NCBI RefSeq assembly: GCF_000025945.1
Contig: NC_006138.1
Span: forward strand, 150,001-182,000
Origin: Desulfotalea psychrophila LSv54
Lineage (GTDB): Bacteria > Desulfobacterota > Desulfobulbia > Desulfobulbales > Desulfocapsaceae
Length of the DNA stretch: 32,000 bases
Reading direction: 5' to 3'
Shown here: in pieces, positions 26,848 to 32,000 of the stretch
How positions within the stretch are numbered: position 1 is the first letter of the stretch
How the letters are laid out: each line of letters opens with the position of its first letter
Program-made: the position numbers and the translations under genes
The notes under the pieces: generated by a model
The model's database searches: none
Told to the model about the DNA's origin: nothing
What the model saw: only the letters and a program-made list of their open reading frames with translations

Positions 26848-28347
26848 ATGTCCTCGATTGTAAAACTGGATCCCTTTACACGTATTGAAGGGCACCTCGC
26901 AGTAAGTCTTAACGTACAAAACAACAGGGTGAAGGATGCACAGTGCACGGGGGAAATGGTTAGAGGTTTTGAACAGATTCTTCAAGGAAGATCCCCACTG
27001 GATGCGCAACAAATTGTCCAGAGAATCTGTGGTGTATGTCCCGTCTCCCATGGTATTGCCTCGGTGCTTGCCCAGGAACAGGCCTACGGGATTCAACTCC
27101 CTGAAAATGCTCGTCTCCAGCGTAATATCATGCTGGCCAGCAACTATATCCAAAGCCACATCACCCACTTCTACCACCTCTCAGCCCTTGATTTTATCGA
27201 TATAACGGCAATCTTAGACTATAAGGGTGGTGATGCATTTCTCCTGGCCATGCAAAACTGGGTAAAAGCAGAACTCGCCTCCAAAAACTTATTTCCCGCC
27301 GCCCCCTTTCTCCCCCGCTACCAAGGACGCTACCTAAAAGATGTCGACTTTAACATCACCGCCCTACGTAACTACTTTATCGCCCTTGAGATGCGGGCAA
27401 CAGCACACCAGTTAATTGCAATATTTGCCGGTAAAATGCCCCATATGGCCTCTATTGTCCCGGGAGGAATTACCGAAAAAGTCACTACCAAAAAAATCAT
27501 CCAATGCAAATCTAAACTGGCCCAATTAAAGGGCTTCATCAACAACTCCTACCGAAATGACCTATTGGCCATTACTGCAGAGTTCCCCTCATATCTTTCC
27601 ATCGGCAAGAGCTGTGGTAATTTCCTCAGTTTTGGTGCCTTCGGTGATGCCAACCTGGAAAAATCGCCTCTGCTACCCGCAGGCGCCCTCCTGCAAGGAA
27701 AGTTAGAAGAGGTTGATGATATATCAATAAAAGAGGATGTCTCCTTTTCCAAGTACAGCAGTGATTCTGGCAGAGAGAAAACAGTTCCGGAACCGCATAA
27801 AAGCGGGGCCTACAGCTGGATCAAGGCCCCTCGCTATCGAGGAGAAGCTATGGAGGTCGGTCCTCTTGCCAGACTGATGGTCGCCCAGGCCAAAGGCAAT
27901 AAAAAAATGCAGGAGGCGAGCAACGCTTTTCTGCAGAAGACAGATCTCTCCCTCACTGACCTGGACTCCTGCCTCGGCCGTCATATTGCCAGATTCATTG
28001 AACTTGAAGTAATCATAGAGAAATGCGAAGAGTGGATGGAGCAGCTGCGCCCTGACCAGCCAACGGCAGTGGACTTTAACATCCCACAACAGGCAGAGGG
28101 CAGGGGGATGATGGAGGCACCACGCGGCGCCCTGGGACACTGGGTAACGATCGAAAAACAAAAGATCGGCCGTTATGAATGTATTGTTCCCACCACATGG
28201 AACTGCTCCCCAAAGGATGACAAGCAGATCCCCGGCCCCGTTGAACAATCACTTATCGGCACCATCGTTGCCGATAAGACAAACCCCCTTGAAGCAGCAC
28301 GAATCGTCCGTTCCTACGATCCATGCCTGGCATGCGCCGTTCACTAG
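26848..28347 (+). CDS. [NiFe] hydrogenase large (catalytic) subunit without C-terminal extension
   Basis: DPFTRIEGHLAV; L1 motif RICGVCPVSHG; APRGALGHW; C-terminal L2 motif DPCLACAVH immediately followed by TAG. Confidence 0.97.
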   Translation: MSSIVKLDPFTRIEGHLAVSLNVQNNRVKDAQCTGEMVRGFEQILQGRSPLDAQQIVQRICGVCPVSHGIASVLAQEQAYGIQLPENARLQRNIMLASNYIQSHITHFYHLSALDFIDITAILDYKGGDAFLLAMQNWVKAELASKNLFPAAPFLPRYQGRYLKDVDFNITALRNYFIALEMRATAHQLIAIFAGKMPHMASIVPGGITEKVTTKKIIQCKSKLAQLKGFINNSYRNDLLAITAEFPSYLSIGKSCGNFLSFGAFGDANLEKSPLLPAGALLQGKLEEVDDISIKEDVSFSKYSSDSGREKTVPEPHKSGAYSWIKAPRYRGEAMEVGPLARLMVAQAKGNKKMQEASNAFLQKTDLSLTDLDSCLGRHIARFIELEVIIEKCEEWMEQLRPDQPTAVDFNIPQQAEGRGMMEAPRGALGHWVTIEKQKIGRYECIVPTTWNCSPKDDKQIPGPVEQSLIGTIVADKTNPLEAARIVRSYDPCLACAVH

Positions 28348-28356
28348 GAGAAGATA

Positions 28357-29259
28357 ATGACCACACTTACACGTAGACAGTTTTTAGAGCTCAGTGCCAA
28401 AATGTCTGTGGTACTGGGACTGGGTTCTTCGGCCATCCCTCAGGTAGCTGAGGCCCTCGAGGCACTTACCACCGGCCGTAGCAAGGTTTTGTGGCTCCAG
28501 GCCCAAAGTTGTTCAGGTTGCAGCATCTCCATGCTTGATTCCGAGTCCCCCGGGCCAGCCGAGCTGCTCACCCAATATATCTCGCTGCTCTTCCACCACA
28601 CCCTCTCGGCAGCAACGGGGGAGAGCTGTATGCATATAGTGCGAAAATCTGTTCAGCAGGGTGGCTATATTTTAGTTGTTGAGGGGAGCATTCCGGCAGG
28701 AATGCCCGAGGCCTGCATGATGGGGGGCATCCCCGTTGGGGAATTGATAAAACAAGCTGCCGAGAGGGCTGATTACGTAATTGCCCTTGGCACCTGCGCT
28801 GCCTTTGGCGGAATTCCAGCAGCCGAGGGCAATCCGACGGGAGCTGTCCCCCTTGGCCCATTTCTCCAGGCCAATAAGATCAAAACCCCAATCATCAATA
28901 TTCCCGGTTGTCCCTCCCATCCCGACTGGTTGGTGGGCACCTTGGTCCATCTCTGTAAATTCGGTCTACCACCATGCGATGAGCAGAGGCGACCCAAGAT
29001 GTTCTTTGCCAGTAAAAATCATGATAAGTGTCCAAGGTTTAGCGACTATGAACAGGAAAATTTTGCCCGTAAATTTTCTGATCCCGGCTGCCTTTTCAAA
29101 CTCGGCTGCCTCGGAGTCAGTACCTATGCAGACTGCACGATACGAGATCGCAACGGCGGCACCAATGCCTGCATAAAAGCCGGTGCTCCCTGCATAGGCT
29201 GCTCATCACCCCAATTTGCTCAAAAAAAATCACTCCCCTTCTATCGCAAGAGCGAGTAA
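28357..29259 (+). CDS. [NiFe] hydrogenase small (FeS) subunit, Tat-exported
   Basis: Tat-like [19 protein letters not shown]; [22 protein letters not shown]; distal HDKCP...CLFKLGC; medial C...[13 protein letters not shown]. Confidence 0.97.
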   Translation: MTTLTRRQFLELSAKMSVVLGLGSSAIPQVAEALEALTTGRSKVLWLQAQSCSGCSISMLDSESPGPAELLTQYISLLFHHTLSAATGESCMHIVRKSVQQGGYILVVEGSIPAGMPEACMMGGIPVGELIKQAAERADYVIALGTCAAFGGIPAAEGNPTGAVPLGPFLQANKIKTPIINIPGCPSHPDWLVGTLVHLCKFGLPPCDEQRRPKMFFASKNHDKCPRFSDYEQENFARKFSDPGCLFKLGCLGVSTYADCTIRDRNGGTNACIKAGAPCIGCSSPQFAQKKSLPFYRKSE

Positions 29260-29263
29260 CAAT

Positions 29264-30946
29264 ATGAAACTACATACTAAGTTAATTCTAGCCCTTCTCA
29301 GCTGTCTTACTCTAGTTGTTGTAGTAGCACAGCTCATCCAGTATTCACAACTGGAAAAACAAATTAACAACCTTGCTCAAGCAAACATAGAACTCCTGAG
29401 CAACCGAGAACAGGCCTTTGCCGCTAACCTCTATCACTCGGTGGCTAAATCCGTAGAGGGTTCACTTAATCGAGGTGAGATGGAAAAATTTTCTGCCCTG
29501 TTAAAGCAGACCAGAAAAATCGACGGTCTCCTGGAATTCTCTCTCTTTGACACCAATAACAGGGTCAACTACTCCTCAAAAAGCGAATTTCTGGGCCAGA
29601 AGCTGCCCAGAGAGATCCAGAAGCAGATAAGCGGAGGAGAAATATCCATCTCCACCGACGAGAAGAGCATAAACATCTATCAGCCACAGAAGATCACAGG
29701 AGACTGCCTACGCTGCCACACAGGCTGGAACAAACAAATGGACCACGGCGGCGTCATGTTTTTTCGTTTTTCCACCAAGGCCCTGCAACAGGCAAAAAGA
29801 GAGACCGATGAGGGCATAGCAACCATAGCAGATAACTACCTGATTGCCGCAGCCATTTCTGTCCTTACCATGCTAACCGTGATAGGCATTGCCATATTTT
29901 TTCTCCTCCGCCATATGGTAAAAATACCTCTTGAGCAGATCGGCTCAAACTTTAATCAGGCGGCAGATGGTAATCTCACCGTACAGGCAAATATTGCGTC
30001 AAAGGATGAGATAGGCATCCTTGGACATAATTTCAACCACTTTCTCAGCCAACTCCACGACATAATGCAAAACATTGCCCGACAGATAGAAACCCTCAAA
30101 GGTGCATCGGGTTCACTGGAAAATGTCGCGGCAGAGATGTCGAAAGGGGCCGAAGAGATGACCCATAGATCTCATAGTGTGGCCTCGGCAAGCGTGGAGA
30201 TGAGTTCAAACATGACCCTTGTCTCGGAGGCTATGACAGAGGCTAACAGCAATATCAATATAATGGCGGCATCCACTGAAGAGATGACTGCAACCATCAA
30301 TGAAATTGCCAAAAATGCGGCGAATGCAAAAAGCATATCCGAAACAGCGGTGACAGAGGCAAGCCATGCCACCCAAAAAATGAAACATCTAGGGAACTCT
30401 GCTCAGAATATTGGCAAGATCACAGGGACAATCACAGAAATATCGGCACAGACAAATCTCCTTGCCCTCAACGCTACCATTGAAGCGGCCAGAGCAGGTG
30501 AGGCTGGCAAGGGTTTTGCCGTTGTTGCAGCTGAGATCAAACAGCTTGCCAATCAGACCTCTGCTGCAACCATAGAGATTACCAGCAGCATCTCTGAAAT
30601 ACAAACTGATACAGCTGGGGCCATTGAGGAAACCGAGCATATCGGTCAGGTAATCAGTCGTATCGATGATATTATCTCGACAATAGCCTCGGCGGTAGAG
30701 CAACAATCTGCAAGCACACGAGAGATTGCCACCAGCATAAATCAGGCATCCAGCGGTCTTAAGGAAATTAGCTGCAATATCCAATCCAGCTCTGCGGTAG
30801 CGGAAGAGATCAGCAAAGACATCAACAGCGTTGACAGCACTGCCAGCCATATTGCCAGCAACAGTAGCAGTGTTGAAAAAAATGCCAAGGATCTGGCCGG
30901 ACTTGCAGAACAACTCAAGGATCATGTTGAGAGGTTCCAAATATAG
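29264..30946 (+). CDS. Methyl-accepting chemotaxis protein with one periplasmic c-type heme motif
   Basis: Two TM segments flanking a periplasmic domain with DCLRCHTGW (CXXCH); HAMP; signalling hairpin [37 protein letters not shown]; starts 4 nt after the small subunit stop (ORF track starts at 29216). Confidence 0.93.
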   Translation: MKLHTKLILALLSCLTLVVVVAQLIQYSQLEKQINNLAQANIELLSNREQAFAANLYHSVAKSVEGSLNRGEMEKFSALLKQTRKIDGLLEFSLFDTNNRVNYSSKSEFLGQKLPREIQKQISGGEISISTDEKSINIYQPQKITGDCLRCHTGWNKQMDHGGVMFFRFSTKALQQAKRETDEGIATIADNYLIAAAISVLTMLTVIGIAIFFLLRHMVKIPLEQIGSNFNQAADGNLTVQANIASKDEIGILGHNFNHFLSQLHDIMQNIARQIETLKGASGSLENVAAEMSKGAEEMTHRSHSVASASVEMSSNMTLVSEAMTEANSNINIMAASTEEMTATINEIAKNAANAKSISETAVTEASHATQKMKHLGNSAQNIGKITGTITEISAQTNLLALNATIEAARAGEAGKGFAVVAAEIKQLANQTSAATIEITSSISEIQTDTAGAIEETEHIGQVISRIDDIISTIASAVEQQSASTREIATSINQASSGLKEISCNIQSSSAVAEEISKDINSVDSTASHIASNSSSVEKNAKDLAGLAEQLKDHVERFQI

Positions 30947-31101
30947 TCCTCTTCTCTTGGACGGACAGACCTACCCGAGAGAAAGAGCGAGGGGGCGTTG
31001 ACCGACCAGACTAACCCACCTTCGTTACAAGCGAAAGATGGTGCATACGTATTTACGCCAAGATAGATAACGGCCCAATGGGGTTTGGTAAAGAGGGCAA
31101 A

Positions 31102-31127
31102 AATCCCCTTGCTACAAGGGGTTTTTT
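31102..31127 (+). terminator. Rho-independent terminator downstream of the chemoreceptor gene
   Basis: cccctt-gctac-aagggg followed by tttttt. Confidence 0.75.
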
Positions 31128-31409
31128 GCTATATATACAGATTATATTTTACTGGAAAACTGAAAAGAAAGCAGTTCTCCTTAACATCTGCGGTACTCAA
31201 ATCATCAGTATAAATGATGATTTAGCAACACAGTTTCATTGAATTATTTAACGCATTAAATGATGGGCAATATTTGGGCAAATACTTCTTAAGCTATACC
31301 TAGCACAAGAAGACATCACTCTGGCAGGTACAGAGTACTTGCCCTACTATATCCTCAATGCGATGGTCCGTCTTCCTGAGACAGGTATCATTTAGGTAAT
31401 GAATATTTC

Positions 31410-32000
31410 ATGAAAAACAACTTCTCTCCAAAGCTCTTTTCCATATTAAAATTAGGCTACTCAAAAGAGCAATTTATAAACGATCTATTCTCAGGTTTAG
31501 TCGTGGCTGTTGTTGCCCTGCCGCTGGCAATCGCCTTTGCCGTTGCCTCGGGAGTCTCTCCAGAAAAGGGCTTGGTTACTGCCGTTGTCGCAGGATTAAT
31601 TATTGCTATCCTGGGTGGTAGTCGCGTCCAGATAGGCGGCCCGACCGGGGCCTTTATTGTCATTGTCTTTGGCATACTGCAACAGTATGGAATGGACGGA
31701 CTGATAATTTCAACAATAATGGCAGGATGTTTTCTGGTCCTCTTTGGAGTATTTGGTCTTGGTTCTCTCCTCAGCTATTTCCCCTATCCACTGATCGTCG
31801 GCTTTACCAGCGGCATTGCCATTGTTATATTTACCACTCAAGTAAAAGATGCTCTGGGGCTCACCATCTTCGCCATGCCCGGTGATATGGTTGGCAAGTG
31901 GCATACCTATTTTGCCAACATCTCCTCGACAAATATCTCTGCTGTAAGTATCTGCATAATCACCATACTCATTGCCACCTGTTCTGGCCGATTTATAAAA
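31410..32000 (+). CDS. SulP-family anion transporter, 5' part only
   Basis: Open frame from ATG 31410 to the window end: MKNNFSPKLFSILKLGYSKEQFINDLFSGLVVAVVALPLAIAFAVASGVSPEKGLVTAVVAGLIIAILGGSRVQIGGPTGAFIVIVFG. Confidence 0.93.
   Translation, partial: MKNNFSPKLFSILKLGYSKEQFINDLFSGLVVAVVALPLAIAFAVASGVSPEKGLVTAVVAGLIIAILGGSRVQIGGPTGAFIVIVFGILQQYGMDGLIISTIMAGCFLVLFGVFGLGSLLSYFPYPLIVGFTSGIAIVIFTTQVKDALGLTIFAMPGDMVGKWHTYFANISSTNISAVSICIITILIATCSGRFIK

Noticed and set aside
28321-28347. Possibility of a [NiFeSe] selenoprotein
   Set aside because: The active-site codons in DPCLACAVH are TGC, with no in-frame TGA, so selenocysteine is not supported.
31200-31222. Hairpin aatcatca-gtataaa-tgatgatt upstream of the SulP gene
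   Set aside because: Short AT-rich stem without a T-run; could be chance, no function assigned.
1-32000. CRISPR arrays, rRNA, tRNA, prophage or toxin-antitoxin genes
   Set aside because: No regularly spaced repeats, no tRNA/rRNA-like sequence and no phage or defence protein motifs were recognised on reading; a tRNAscan/Infernal run would be decisive.

Overview
This 32 kb window comes from a Gram-negative bacterial chromosome. Protein style and gene content suggest a deltaproteobacterial sulfate reducer such as a Desulfotalea/Desulfobulbaceae relative; that is inference only. Most of it is recognisable housekeeping, transport or signalling content: ArsP/COG0701-type permease (3' end), Cys-rich GGEEF diguanylate cyclase, TatD-family hydrolase overlapping a TcdA/ThiF-family protein, SstT-type symporter, EamA transporter, NfeD-like protein, feoA-feoB, CDF transporter, a molybdenum-storage-protein-like kinase, PilZ protein, a complete dipeptide/nickel-type ABC importer, an acyl-CoA thioesterase, a NodT/EmrA/EmrB tripartite pump, and the 5' end of a SulP transporter. 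The most interesting part is about 24.2-30.9 kb. Two matching dyads (GTAACAC-N13-GTGTTAC, centres 73 bp apart) flank a promoter-like sequence ahead of nikK/nikL-like genes with no nikMQO beside them. These are followed by a TorD-like chaperone gene and a tightly packed cluster of [NiFe] hydrogenase large subunit, Tat-exported small subunit and a methyl-accepting chemotaxis protein. The large subunit ends exactly at DPCLACAVH. The chemoreceptor has a single CXXCH c-heme motif in its predicted periplasmic domain. The sequence supports a testable hypothesis that a periplasmic hydrogenase is coupled to a heme chemoreceptor for H2/redox taxis. A 177-bp insertion-sequence-like remnant lies after sstT. 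No CRISPR array, rRNA, tRNA or intact transposase was recognised.
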